This document shows positions 38,280 through 50,745 of a stretch of DNA of 64,000 nt, one piece after another (the first letter of the stretch is position 1; every line of letters begins with the position of its first letter). The DNA is from Felis catus. Its lineage: Eukaryota. The position numbers were made by a program, and so were the translations under genes. The DNA lies in contig NC_058382.1 in the NCBI RefSeq assembly GCF_018350175.1, forward strand, positions 56,174,001 to 56,238,000, in the 5' to 3' direction. The notes below the pieces were generated by a model. The model ran no database searches and had not been told where the DNA came from. It was given only the letters and a program-made list of their open reading frames with translations.

Positions 38280-39240
38280 CTCTGCCTACTGGACGCTGCT
38301 CTTGGATGTCCCACAAGTACTCCACAAGTACCGAATTAAAATCACAATCTACTCATAATTCCACCCTCAACCCAGCCCCAAACCTATTTCTTTCTCCTGT
38401 ACATGGTTCCTATCTTAGCATCTTGAGGGTGCCACTCATCATGCTGTTGCCCACACCACAAATGTGGGCGTGACTCCTGTTTCTGCCTCTAGCTTCCCCC
38501 ACCCATTTACCAGTAAGTCCTCAAGTCTTAATGATCGAGCATCCCATGTATTTCCCACAGAGATTAATTTCTCTCCATCCTGTGTCTACCCTATGTCAAG
38601 GCTACTGTCATCTCTTGCTTGCTAACTCTTCTCCCTAACTCTGGGGTCTACTCTACAACCTTTGCTCCAAAGAGCACCTGCGGGGGCGCCAGGGTAGCTC
38701 AGTCGGTCGAGTGTCTGACTTTGGCTCAGGTCATGATCTCACGGCTCATGGGTTCGAGCCCCGTGTCAGGCTCTGTGCTGACAGCTCGGAGCCCGGAGCC
38801 TGCTTTGGATTCTGTGCCTGCCTCTCTTTCTGCCCAACCCACTCGCATTCTGTCTCTGTCTCTCTCAAAAATAAATAAACATTAAAAAAAAATTAAAAAA
38901 AAAAGAGCACCTGGTGGATCATTCCAAAGCTCAGAAGTATGTCACTCCTTTTTAGAACTCCTCTGGATAGTCATTACCTCGTTCAAGTCCACATTCTTTA
39001 ACATGGGTGAGGACAGTTTTCATGACCCAGCATCTGATGACCCTTCCAGTTTTATTTTCTCCTGTCCCCTTGCCAGATGCTCCAAATTGAGCAGAGCCAA
39101 ACCACATCTTTTACTGTCCCTACAATGTGCCAGGTGCTTTTGCATCGGAGGCTTTGCATAAGCTGAATCTTAAAAAAGTACTTTTTCAATAGCATATGGC
39201 TCAGTGGATTTCTATCCTCTCTTCATATTAATTATGAGGC
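38280..39240 (+). mobile_element. L2 fragment, interrupted by a SINE
   Basis: CTCTTGGATGTCCCACAAG..TTCTCTCCATCC..GGCTACTGTCATCTCTTGC..TCAAGTCCACATTCTTTAACATGG. Confidence 0.65.
38682..38901 (+). mobile_element. CAN-SINE (SINEC_Fc) with 12-bp TSD
   Basis: TSD AAAGAGCACCTG at 38669-38680 and 38902-38913. Confidence 0.96.
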
Positions 39241-40519
39241 AGATTCAGATGCCATTGCAAAATCTTGAACGGTGGTGATGTCAATAAGGTAGATGTGCAT
39301 TTCTCTCTCAAGTGATAGTCCAGGCATAGGCGGCCCCGGACCAACGTGGTGGCTCCGCTCTGTCACTTGGAGATCCTGTGGAGACAGAGATGGAGAGAAG
39401 AAAATCTGAGAGATACGTGCAAGACTGAATCTTTAAGACCTGGCTTCCCTCTGGCATTCTGGCATCTGTGGAATGTTGCCTGTGTCCTTGTGGTCCCAAA
39501 TGGCTCACTGTCACCTCTCATTCCAGTATTCCGGCCAGTGGGAAGGAGGGGATAGGGGAGGAGGCACACATCCCTTCTCTTAAAATATGCAGTTGAGAAG
39601 TTGCACCCACCACTCCTGCTCAATCTCATTGGCTGGCAATTGTTCACACAACCATAACTTGCTGTAAGGAGGATCAGGGAATCTTGGTCTTTAGGAGACA
39701 TAGAGCATTTTCTGGAAACTTCTTTTGTATAAAACTAATCTGGAGATATAAATAAATTTTTCTTCCAATAATGTATGATCTTGGAGTTTGGGGCACTGGA
39801 GTCCTACTTTTTTTTTTTTTTTTCCAACTGAACACATTTCCAAGCCAGAGTGTCAGATATCGGAACTTCAAGATAGACGAAGGCTACTAGAAGGTTGGCA
39901 GTTTTATCCCCATTTTACAAATCATAAAACCAAGCTCAGATATGTTAAGTACTTGCCCAAGTACACACAGTTTGTACATGCTTCCGATTTTCTGAATCCA
40001 TATCCTGTGCTGAATGCTCACGCGGGCCAATATATCATAGTGGTTAAGAACATCAGCTTTGAACTCAGAAAGATGTACATACGCCATTTATTGACATTAT
40101 GATGTTTACAAAGCTCCTTAACTTTTCTGGGCTTCATTTCTGCCCCAGGGTGTTATGCACATTAAGTGCAATAATGCATGGACCGTGCTTAGGGAAATGC
40201 CTGGCTGATGATGAACACTTGATAAAAGATGGCTGGCATTAGTTACTACAATAAACCTTTCTTAAACTTTTGTCATTATTGTTACCAGTAATTGTCACTG
40301 CTGGAGACATGCAGGCTGGAGGATAGGTGCTCATACCTCTGTGTGTGCCCATTTCTTCATGAGGCGCAAGACAAAAGAAGTCTTGAAACAAAGGCTTTCA
40401 CTTTGTCCTAACCTACCTGACCCAGGGTATCCACATTTGTCTATGGGATGACAAAGGTGGATTGAGAGGCCTCTACTCTGTCCGCCTCTCTGGAAATTCA
40501 CAGATGAGTAGCTAAGTAC

Positions 40520-40736
40520 TCAAACTATGGAGTGAGACATGCCTAAGCTAGAATCCCAGTCTCTTCACTGTCTGGCCTTGGAAAAGGCACTTGACCTCTC
40601 TTAGCATCGATCTCTGCCTTTAAAAATGAGAATAGGAAGTATCTACCTCATAGTGATGCTGGGAGGAATCGCTGAGGTCATTCACCCAAAAGGGCTTAAA
40701 ACAGTATCTAGCATGTTGTTCATGCTCAGTAAATGT
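40520..40736 (+). mobile_element. MIR
   Basis: GGAGTGAGACATGCCTAAGCTAGAATCCCAG..AAAATGAGAATAGGAAGTATCTACCTCATAG..GCTCAGTAAATGT. Confidence 0.8.
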
Positions 40737-40759
40737 GAGGGGGCTCAAGCTTCCCCCAC

Positions 40760-41400
40760 TAAGCATGGATTTTGGCAGAGGCAGTAGGGACAGAAAGGAG
40801 GAGATGCAGAGAAACTTAGAAGGTAGAATTGAAAGGACCCAGTGATGGTCCACTGTCAAGGGTAAGGCAGAGAGAAAGAAATCTAGTAAATTTATCATTA
40901 GGAAATGGATTACTTGATACAATGGCTCACCAAGATGGGAAATACAGGGGAGGAACCAGTATGCCAGGAAGACAGTGAGAGTCACAGTAGACATGTTGGG
41001 TTTTATTTATTTTTTTTTTTTTATTTTTTATTTTTCAACGTTTATTTATTTTTGGGACAGAGAGAGACAGAGCATGAATGGGGGAGGGGCAGAGAGAGAG
41101 GGAGACACAGAATTGGAAACAGGCTCCAGGCTCTGAGCCATCAGCCCAGAGCCTGACGCGGGGCTCGAACTCACGGACCGCGAGATCGTGACCTGGCTGA
41201 AGTCGGACGCTTAACCGACTGCGCCACCCAGGCGCCCCGACATGTTGGGTTTTAAATGGTCCAAGGATTCACGCATAGAGATGTCAAACAGCCATTAGCT
41301 AGTTGAGTGCCAAGTCTGTCAAACAGCCATTATTAGCTGGTTGAGTCCCAAGTCTGTATGGAAGTCTAAGTCTAAGACATCCACTGAGGAGTCATTCAAC
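40760..41400 (-). mobile_element. L2 fragment, interrupted by a SINE
   Basis: GAAACTTAGAAGGTAGAATTGAAAGGAC..CACCAAGATGGGAAATACAGG..GACATGTTGGGTTT..GAGATGTCAAACAG. Confidence 0.7.
41006..41238 (-). mobile_element. Very young CAN-SINE (SINEC_Fc) with 16-bp TSD
   Basis: CpGs largely intact (GCGCCACCCAGGCGCCCC, CTGGCTGAAGTCGGACG); TSD GACATGTTGGGTTTTA at 40990-41005 and 41239-41254. Confidence 0.97.
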
Positions 41401-42051
41401 TCAGGAGTCACCAGGCATAGGTCACATGCTTAGTTGTCTTTGGGGACCAGCAGGGGTCAAGTAGGAAGGAGTGATGGGTGACTTGGGTCCAACAGGCAGA
41501 GCATGAACTGCCCAAAGGCCTTCAGATGGGTTTATTCAGGCCAGCAAACAAATCCTAGGAGTATTCAGCCTGAGGGCTTTCTATCCAGGAAGGCGTGGAA
41601 GTGCTCAAAATGAACGAAATCTACCCCAGAAATTGACTAGTGTGAAAAGAGAAGGTTAAAGATCCAACTGAAATATGCTTGGATTTCAATGGCATCACTG
41701 AAATCTACACTGTATGGGAGTTTGGCAAGGAACGAGGCTCTCCCAGCAGTGTTCATGGTCTGACAGCTGTAACCAATACCTGACATTTCCCTCTCAGATA
41801 TAAATAATTATCTTTCACAGCAATGGCATAGACAAAACAAGAAAATTCCCCGTTATTTGGAAAGCCTCTATTTCACAATTCATGTTTATCTCTCTGTATC
41901 TTTCCTACATTTCAAAATCATGTTTTGTTTAAAAGTAAAACACAGACAAGAAAGCATTGGTGAGGCAAGATAATTAGACGACATGCATTTCACTCGAATC
42001 GGAATGACATTTTTGGCGGGGGGTGGGGACGCAGGGATGTTTCGCCCCCTG

Positions 42052-42460
42052 TCGTAATTTCTTGTTGCCAAAATACCACACAAACTTAGTAGCTTAAAAT
42101 AACCCAGATTTACTCTCTGATTGTTCTGGAGGTCAGAAGTCTAACATGGTCTCAGTGGGCTAAAATCAAAGTGTGTATAAAGCTGTGTTCCTTTCTAGAG
42201 GTGCTAGCACAAAGCCTATTTCCTTTTCTAGATTCTAGAGGCCCATGGCCCCTTCCTCTGTCTTCAAAGCCAGCAGATTTTCATCTCTCTGACCATTTTT
42301 TTTTCTGTAGCCGTATCTCTCTCACTTTCTCTTCTGTCTCCCTCTCTACTTTTAAGGACCTTGTGATCCCATCGAGCCCACCTGAATAACCTGGGATGAT
42401 CTACCCGTTCAGAGTCAACTGATGAGCAAAGTCCCTTTTGCTGTTTCAGTTGACATTGTC
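42052..42460 (-). mobile_element. MaLR LTR (MLT1D-like)
   Basis: AATACCACACAAACTTAGTAGCTTAAAA..TTCTGGAGGTCAGAAGTC..TTTTAAGGACCTTGTGAT. Confidence 0.85.
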
Positions 42461-42469
42461 CTTCAAATT

Positions 42470-42665
42470 GCTGAGTAGTATTTCGTGTTACGGACGTACC
42501 AGAGTTCTTTCAGTAATTCTGAATAAGGTAGTGCAGGGTTTTGTTTGAATGGAAGTTTTCATTCTCTGAGACAAATATCTCAAAGTGCAACGGCTGGGTT
42601 ATATGGTTTTGCGTGTTATGTTTTTCTAAAGGAAAAAAACCTGCCAAACTATTTTCTAGCGTGGA
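42470..42665 (-). mobile_element. Old L1 fragment
   Basis: TTGCTGAGTAGTATTTC..GGCTGGGTTATATGGT..AACCTGCCAAACTATTTTC. Confidence 0.65.
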
Positions 42666-42679
42666 CATAGGAGTTTGTG

Positions 42680-43145
42680 TTCTGTCGAAGAGGTTTGAGC
42701 AGTGAAGGGATGGGATCTTATGTATGTTTAAAAAACCACTGGGTCAGTGAAGGCAAAGGTAGAGGCAGAGCAAGAGGCGGGGGTGTTTGCAGTGGTCCAG
42801 GTGGACACAAGGGTGTCAGTACAGGGTGGGTGAGGTTAAGGTGATGAGAAGCAATCTAGCTGGAGGCATACATGGAAGATGCACTTGACAGGTTGCTGCA
42901 GTTGCTCATGGGAACTGAGAGAAGGGATTAAGGAGGACCACTGTGCTTTGGGCTTGAGCACGCTGGCGAATGGTGGTTCTATTTGTCTTGAGAATAGCAG
43001 GACTTGGAAGGGAGGGAACATAGGGAGGAGGAGAGGCCCATGTGTGATTTAATGTGCCTGCCAGATTTCAAGTGGAAACATTGAGTGGGTGCTTAGGAAT
43101 AGGAGTCTGGAGACTGGAGGAGGGTTCGGATGCTGGAGATACAGA
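42680..43145 (-). mobile_element. L2 fragment
   Basis: GTTTGAGCAGTG..GCAGTGGTCCAGGTG..GGGCTTGAGCA..CAAGTGGAAACATTGAGTGGG. Confidence 0.75.
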
Positions 43146-44271
43146 AAAAAAAAAGGACAATGTATATGTGAACATGCCCAACACAAAACATGGCATAATC
43201 ACAGGCAAGAGCTGCCCACTCAGTTTGGATCTCAAAATGAAGTGTTGTTATCTTCTGGGCTCCATCAAGAAAATAGCACCTTAGGCTCTAGTTTGAACAC
43301 AGCAAGCACGCTGAACAACAAGAATGTGCGAATCACAGACACCGTGATGGACGCCCAAGTTTTCCTCTGGTTCGTTTCTGATATCTCCTCGGGAACTTCT
43401 TTGTATAAACACATCCTAGAGAAAGTTTGCTTTTTCACTTGTCTGTAGCAAGGTTGCAACGTGCTTTCTCTTTTTAAAATGCCCACTGTTAATGCAAGTA
43501 AGTCCATTGTGGTGTGTAATTATAGGAAGAACCCAACACAAATCACTTTTAGTAGTACAAATGTTTCTATTTTATGTTGTGCTTTGGAGGGTTAAAAAGG
43601 ATAATACAATATATGGATTGTTGTTTTGTTGCCAGAAGTTTCCATATTGGCTTCTCAGGCTCTGGGGTGGACTTGGCAATGACTTTTGTGATGTTCCCAT
43701 CCTGTTGCTGCCATAGGAATGTTAGCGGGTAATTGTGCATCTGCCTCCCCTGCAAAACCAACTTCAGCACAAGCCCAGCTCACCTTCCACCTTCTGGCAA
43801 GGAAACTAAGGCCCAGAGATGAGACAGTCCGTATACAGGGACAGCACACTCAGGCCTGGAAGGTCTCTGATTAGCGTCCCCTTCTCTTGCCCCCCTAGCG
43901 ATCCTTGGAAAACGAATACAGTTGCTAACCCATAATTCTGAGGAGACAGAGAATGAAAGTTACATTCCCTTGTTTCTTTAGGTTTCTCTCCTCCGGCTAA
44001 ACCCTCTAGATACATGATATATTAGGTTCAGGCCCTAAATGATAAACAGTTGAAATGAGCTTTGCTGCAATTCAACAAACTGTTACGGATTCCCTGTCTA
44101 CTTCTGTGATTCAGTTTTTTTGTCCATGAGAATCCACGGGAGGACTTAAAAAAACAATAAAAAAAAAAAAAAACACAAAACCTTGGTGCCTGAAACCAGA
44201 CCAACTAAATCAGAGCCTCAGGGAAATGCCCCTGTATTAGACATAAACCTGGGGTAAAAATGCTATTGATG

Positions 44272-44706
44272 CAGTGGTAGGCAAAAAAAAAAAAAAAAAA
44301 AAAAAGGCCCAACAAAAGACATGTCAAATCCCAGGGTCCAGTGAAGGTTAGTTTGGGGAAAGGTATCTTTGTGTGTGTGATTAACTTGAAGATTTTGAGA
44401 TAATCCTGGATTATCCAAGTGGACCCTAAATCCAGTTACAAATGCTTTAGTAGGAGACAGAGGAAGACAGAGACAGTCAGGAAGCGGGGGTGACGGGACC
44501 ACAAGGGCAGAGATTGGTTGGATGCAGCCACAGGGCAAAGACCAACTGGGGCCACCAAAAGGATTGTCCCCTAGAGCCTCTCCAGAGGGAGTGGGGTCCT
44601 GCCCACACCTTAATTTCAGACTTCTGACCATGAGAGAACAAATTTTTGTTGTTTCAAGCCCCTCCCTTTGTGGTAATTTGTTACAGAAACAGTAGAAGAT
44701 GAACAC
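44272..44706 (+). mobile_element. MaLR LTR (MLT1B/C-like)
   Basis: GTGGTAGGCA..GGATTATCCAAGTGGACCCTAAATCC..CCCTAGAGCCTCTCCAGAGGGAG..TGTGGTAATTTGTTACAG. Confidence 0.9.
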
Positions 44707-45100
44707 AGAGGCCTATGTTAATTTGTAACATCACACAAAGGAAGTTAGCAGAGATGGGCTGCATGGAATTTCTAAGAGAGAGGGAGGAGAGGAGTAGTGA
44801 TGTGAAGGTTTGGAACTCACACTGACAAATGTGTGTGTAAAACTCTGAATGCTTAGTCAGGTAACACATCTGAGAATTACCCTCCTGTTTTTTCTTCATT
44901 TCTGCAAATGGGTTGTTTCCTTAAAGTCTTTGTAAAAAAGGTATCAAGGTGTTAGTATTTGTAACAGTGCTGAGCTTGGTTTCCTCTGAAATACAAGACC
45001 TACAAAATATTTTTTAAAACACTTTAATAATTTTTAGTGTTTTCATAATTTTATTTACTGATGGTTACTAGTGACTTGGAATCCAGAAAAAAATATCTTT

Positions 45101-45119
45101 AAAATGTTTATTTATTTAT

Positions 45120-45160
<41 letters not shown>

Positions 45161-45326
45161 CAGGGAGGGAGGGAGGGAGGGAGGGAGGGAGGGAGGGGAA
45201 ATTTTAAGCAGGCTCCACACTTAGTGTGGAGCCCAACTCAGGACTCGGTCTCACGACCCTGGGATCATGATCTGAGTTGAAAGCAAGCATCAGACACCTA
45301 ACCAACTGATCAACCCAAGCTCCCCC
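45101..45326 (-). mobile_element. CAN-SINE with (GA)n and (GGGA)n expansion
   Basis: Reverse SINEC; AAAAATATCTTT on both flanks. Confidence 0.9.
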
Positions 45327-46329
45327 AGGAAAAATATCTTTTAAACAATTGGATCAGGGAAAGTATATATAAGCAAAATACTAATTCAGGAAAAAAATTG
45401 TTTTTCGGATAAACTGTACAACTTCCTTGAGATGTATCCCTATAGGACAATATGTATGATGAGGCAACTTTGAGAGAGAAATCCCTGGAAAGAAAGTACA
45501 CAGTTGGCAAAAGAGAAGAAGAAAGGGAGGGAGGGAGGGAGGGAGGAAGGGTGCCTGATGTGAAATAGAACGCCTGTCAACATTCCCAGTGTTAGCTGCG
45601 GTATTAAAACCTCCGGGAAGCCTGACCGGGGTCCAGCTAAACACTGGGCTCTCCAGTACTCTTGCCTGTGGTGCATGCCTTCACCGTACAACCACCCTGA
45701 GAATGAGGTGTTTCTCCTCTCCCTCCCTGTGGGACTGGACAGCCCTGCCGTGCTGTATCCCCGGAGCACAGCACTGTGCCCCACCCGCCTCTTAGACTCA
45801 GCCGACTTGTCTTCTAGTCTGTCATCAGCTAAATCATAGTGACCATCACCTTCTGTTTAATGACTGGAATAGTCTCCAGTAACATCTAGATCTGCTCCAT
45901 TCCTCTCCCCCTGAGCAGCCACCTTGGGGAAGGGTGTTAAAGATGCACTCCTGAGCACGGCACTCAAAGCTCCTGCCACCCACGGACCGTTCTGGTGAAA
46001 GTGTTGAAACGTTCCCTTTGCCGTGAAGATCCGGCCGCTACAAGGTCTTCCATGCGTGGTCTCTGGCCAGGCCCCCCGCCCCACCGACTTGGCACTGAAC
46101 TCCTGGAGTTCAACATACGTGTCCCTCTTCACACCTTCTGTCCCTTGTGCAGGGAACCTCTGTCTCAACACCTGCTGTATAACTCCTGCCCCTCCATGTG
46201 GTTTCACACCTGCACAGCCTCACAGACTCACCTCTAACTCGTAATTTAGGTGAGGCAGCCCCCCCACCCTTAGGTTCTCACACAGTCTACCTCCCTTGTA
46301 TCTCTAATCAACTGTAATTATATGATAAT

Positions 46330-46490
46330 CCATGATGGCTGATTTAACCCCCTGCTTCCCCATTAGAATGTAAGCTCTGCGGGGACAAAACCAATATCTG
46401 ATTCGTCCTCACCAGGTCCTTAACGCCTAGAACAATCCCCAGCACGCAGTAAGTGGTCCAGCGTTACCTGAATGCCCCGAATGTATTGGT
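46330..46490 (+). mobile_element. L2 3' end
   Basis: CCCCATTAGAATGTAAGCTC..GCCTAGAACAATCCCCAGCACGCAGTAAGTG. Confidence 0.75.
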
Positions 46491-47012
46491 AAAATGCACA
46501 AAATACCCATTTCCCACGGAGGTGGGAGGGCCAATGGGAGCAGCCTTTTCCTGCCTTACTTCTGCAGTCCTCATAGTCCTGCTTTTGTGGGGGTGATAGC
46601 AAGCCCACCGGCAAGCCCCATGGAAGAACAGAGAGAGACAGCTTGTTTTCACAGCTGGACACAGCAGTGCGACATCGGCGGCTCCTTTGTGGGAGTCCCG
46701 CGCTCCGCTGTTCACACGGGGAGCAGCCAGGGACCGTTGGAGCTTCGGGCTTCCGAGACTTGCCGAATTGCTTTGTGTGCTCAGACAGCACTCTGCCTCT
46801 TGGTTGGTACAGCCTCATGCTAAAAACCCTGGCAAGGAAATACATGCCAAAGAGAAAAAGGAACGGAGATGGCTGAGATCTAATAAACCCATAGTGGGCC
46901 TGTTCTGTACTTACAAAATCATCTGGTTGTGCACCATGAAGAAAAAAAAAAAAAAAAAAAGCACAGACTAATGTAATTTTCTTGAAGTCCCCTATAAAGT
47001 ATTTTATTCCAT

Positions 47013-47342
47013 AATACAGCTACATTTATGAAATGGCTTTATCTCGAAAGATCCCAAAGGGCTTACTAAAGCTGAGAAGGAGAATATCAAGTATACGGCA
47101 ATCTCAGAAACACCACCAATGTACTTTGGTGATAAGGACTGGGGACTCTGTGACAGCAGGTAGACATCTTAAAAAGCAGATAGTGGCTTATCCTGCTAAA
47201 CCTTCAGGGAAGAGAGAGAGAGGAGATAATTGCCCACATTGGGTAAGAGTCACGTGGGCTTTCTGTATTAATAAGGGCCGTGGCTTTCTTCCATCTACCA
47301 TGTGAATTAAGTAAGTGACTTCTATCAACATCACCCTCCCCA
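47013..47342 (-). mobile_element. Possible AmnSINE1-like ancient SINE relic
   Basis: GCTTTATCTCGAAAGATCCCAAAGGGCTTAC and TATCCTGCTAAACCTTCAGGGAA..TAATTGCCCACATTGG resemble the reverse AmnSINE1 consensus as I remember it. Confidence 0.45.
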
Positions 47343-48089
47343 TGTGAAATCGGCGGCTATCAACTTACAACACTTCATAGAGAGAACAAAAAAGCATATG
47401 TGAAGCGTCCAGGGGTTAATGGGGGTTAGGCGGAGCGTAATTCAAAACCTACGCATTTAAAAAAGTAAAACATAACAGCCCACACTTTATCCAACAGTTA
47501 AAATGCCATTTCGCACCCAACTTCTACCTGATCCGTTCCTGCCCAAACACCTGATAGATTTTTCTTCTTTGTCACCATCCCTGTTTCGGATATGGTTCAG
47601 ATCCTCGAACTTTCAGAGCGTTAAAGGAGGGACGGGGCCGGGGTGGCTGGCAGGGAGGAAAGGGTCCTTCTTGATGATCTCCCAGGAGCATCACCTCACC
47701 AGGAGCTAAGGAAGGAAAGTGGAAGCTGCAAGTGATCGAACAGGCTAACAATGAAAAGTTAACTAAAAGGAACTCCCTTCTCCTCAGTGTTAAGGTCTCC
47801 CCTGTCCCCAGCCTAGAGCAGGACTCCCTCACCTCACCTGTGCCAAATCTCCTACAGTCGTCTGCTCCCCCTCCACAGCTCACCTTCTCAGTTTCCCCAC
47901 CTCATTGCCCCTCACATCTTTACTCTCATCCTTACCCCCTTCTCACATTCTCCTCCAAAGAACGGATGGTGTGTAGATTGGGTCAGCTTTTCTCAGCTGG
48001 GGGAGAGCAAGAAGCCACATCGGGGAAGATAAAGATGTTAAACTTTGGGTTTGACTCTGTTATTATCATCCCTTTTTTTTCTCTGTTCT

Positions 48090-48329
48090 ATTTTTTTTAA
48101 GTTTGTTTATTTGGGGAGCGACAGAGACAGTGCTGGTGGGGTAGGGGCAGAGAGAGGGAGGGAGGGAGGGAGGGAGAGAGAGAGAGAGAATGAGAGAGAG
48201 AATGACAAGTAGGCTCCTCACTGCCAGCACACAGCCTGACACCGGGCTCGAACCCAGAAAACTGTGAGGTCATGACCTGAGCCAAAACCAAGAGTGGACA
48301 CATAACTGACTGAGCCACCCAGGTGCCCC
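48090..48329 (-). mobile_element. CAN-SINE
   Basis: GTTTGTTTATTT..GCCTGACACCGGGCTCGAACCC..CTGAGCCACCCAGGTGCCCC. Confidence 0.93.
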
Positions 48330-48549
48330 TCTAGGGAGTGCTGTTCTAAAGGAAGAGGCAGAACTTAAGTAGCAGGGAAACCCAATGGAGCCAAGCGCAC
48401 AGGTGAAGCCTGAAGGTGGCAGGTGTGAACAGAGTCCTGTGAACCAAGCAGCCAACAGCTGGCTGAGCATCTTGGCTGACCCCTGAGTACCTTGGGGGGT
48501 ACCTCAGGAGCCGTCCTGAGCGCTCCACACTCGGTGACTGCCTTGAGAA

Positions 48550-48680
48550 GTAGGTGCCTGTCTTTCCGTTTTATTGATGAGAAAACTGAGGCTCACAGAG
48601 GCTAAACCGCTTGCTTAAAGTAATCTGCTAATCAGTATGGCCTCAGACATTCCAGTCCAGATTGGTCGGACCCTGGAGCT
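48550..48680 (-). mobile_element. MIR
   Basis: GATGAGAAAACTGAGGCTCACAGAGGCTAAACCGCTTGCTTAAAGT. Confidence 0.8.
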
Positions 48681-48724
48681 TTCGTTCTAGAAGGCTATCT
48701 TTCAAAACATAGGGTTTTATTTTT

Positions 48725-49069
48725 ATTTTGTATTTTGAAATGAATTGAGACCTATGGCAAGTTTCAAAAAGAATACATATAATTCCTTTATACCTTTCCC
48801 CCACATTTCCCAAATGCTAACCTTTTATCCATTTGCTCAATTTTTCCTCCCTTTCCCATCCCCCCAACCATTTGAGAGTAAACTGCAGACCTTATACCCC
48901 TTTACCTCTAATGTGCAGAGTAGAATTTCCTAAAATAAGATTTAAAAAATTTTTTTATCTTATAGAATCACAGAACAATTATCAAATCAGATCATTAACA
49001 CTGTTGAAGGAATATTATCTAGTCTATATACTCAAATTTAGCCAATTTTAGGGCACTAATGTTCTTTAT

Positions 49070-49121
<52 letters not shown>

Positions 49122-49850
49122 TCTGTTCTGGCATCCAAACCAGGATCATACACTGGTTTAGGTATTTAGACTTCACGTCTCTTTAGCCTCTTTTAATCTG
49201 GAAAAGTTCCTCAGCCTTATATGTCTTTCATGACCTTGGCATCTGTTAAGATCATAGACCACTTATTTTGTAGATTGTCCCATAATTTGGGTTTGTGTGA
49301 TGTTTCCTATGCTTACGTCCACATTACGCACTTCTGGCAAGAATATCACGGAAGCATCATTTGTCCTTCTAGCACATCTTACCTGGAATACGCGGTATCT
49401 ACTTGTGTCACCACTGGTGACCTTAACTTGGATCTCTTAGGGTAGTCTCTGCCAAATTTCTCCTATAGAAACTTAATATTTTTTTTTAAAATTAATAATT
49501 ATCATGCAAGGATGTCTTTTCAGACTACGCAAATATCTTGTTTCTTTTCATACTTTCACCCACTAGTTCTGGTCTTCACTGATAATGTTTGCCCAAAGCA
49601 GTTATTACTGTCATAATTGCCAAACGGTGATTTTCTAATTACATGATTCCTTCTACATTTATTAGTGGCGTTCAGTTTTAAGGAAAGGCTTTCCCTTCCC
49701 TCCCATTTGTGAACTTTCTTTCATTTAAAAAACAAAAACTGTATCAATCTGGTCTCTGGGATTCTTACTTTATAATGGGGGGTTATCATCTCTTACTATC
49801 ATTATTTATCCCCGGGTTCCAATTGTCTGCAGTTTGGCCTATGGGAGATT
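48725..49850 (-). mobile_element. L1MC4/5-like 3' end
   Basis: CCATTTGAGAGTAAACTGCAGAC..GTCTCTTTAGCCTCTTTTAATCTGGAAAAGTTCCTCAGCCTT..TTCTACATTTATTAGT..TTGGCCTATGGGAG. Confidence 0.85.
49072..49119. repeat. (CA)24 microsatellite
   Basis: Perfect CA run inside the L1. Confidence 0.97.
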
Positions 49851-50528
49851 TAATATGCAGTTTTTATACCCAAGGATCCTAAAACTTCAACCCTTCTTGC
49901 TTCGCTTATCTGCCACCTTCCACTTTCTTGTCTCGGATCCTTTACCTAGAGAATTTGTTATTTTCTGAGAAGTCCTCAGACCCAGTGATCCAGTTACTGT
50001 CTGTTCTTGCTGACTAACTCTTGAAATAAAAATTTTTTAAAAGTTCATGGTGGAAGTGAAGGGAGTTAAGTGGCAATTCTCCCGGGAGGCCACACTTACG
50101 GCCCGACCAGCTGCTTGGAGGACAAGGGAGCTAAAACAGTCTTTCCTGAACACTTTTTGTTTTCTCATTCCTCTTTACTTTGGAGCACGTTCTACCCTCT
50201 CTGGCCAGACTAATTCTAACTCCCTACATTAATCTAGAAATGGACTCCCAACTCCAAGACGCATCTCTCCTCTGTGAAGCCGTCTCCACTCTCGAGGCAG
50301 AACTAATTATTCTCTGCCTGGAAGCTCAATAAACTCTTGGTATAGCCTTTTATTACAGAATCGATCACGTGCCATTATAGTTTTGTGGGTTATTCTTGCC
50401 ATTCTGTTCCTCTTGATAGGCTGTGAGCTTTTCACAAGAGGATTCTTACACATACCTGCACCAAGTAATAAGAAACATTTTAATGGTTTCAAATGCATTA
50501 GAGTCTACTTCCAAATCATTATATAAAC

Positions 50529-50745
50529 CAGAGGCCAGCAAACATGTTTGTTTGTGAAGAGCCAGGTAGGCATTGTGGGTGATAAGTGTTTCTCTTGCAA
50601 CTGCTCAACTCTGCCACTGCATGGTGAAAACCCCTATCAACAGTACACAAAAGAATGAATGGGCCTGTGTTTCAATAAAACTTTATTTACTTAAACAGGA
50701 CTTGGGTTGGATTTTGCCCCAGGGCCATAGCTTATTGACTCCGAT
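50529..50745 (+). mobile_element. MER58A-like relic
   Basis: CAGAGGCCAGCAAAC..CAACTGCTCAACTCTGCCACTG..GTGTTTCAATAAAACTTTATTTAC. Confidence 0.8.

Noticed and set aside
43886..43903. CTCF-like motif TGCCCCCCTAGCGA (also CCACCAGAAGGGCA at ~3741)
   Set aside because: Core spacing is one base off the CTCF consensus
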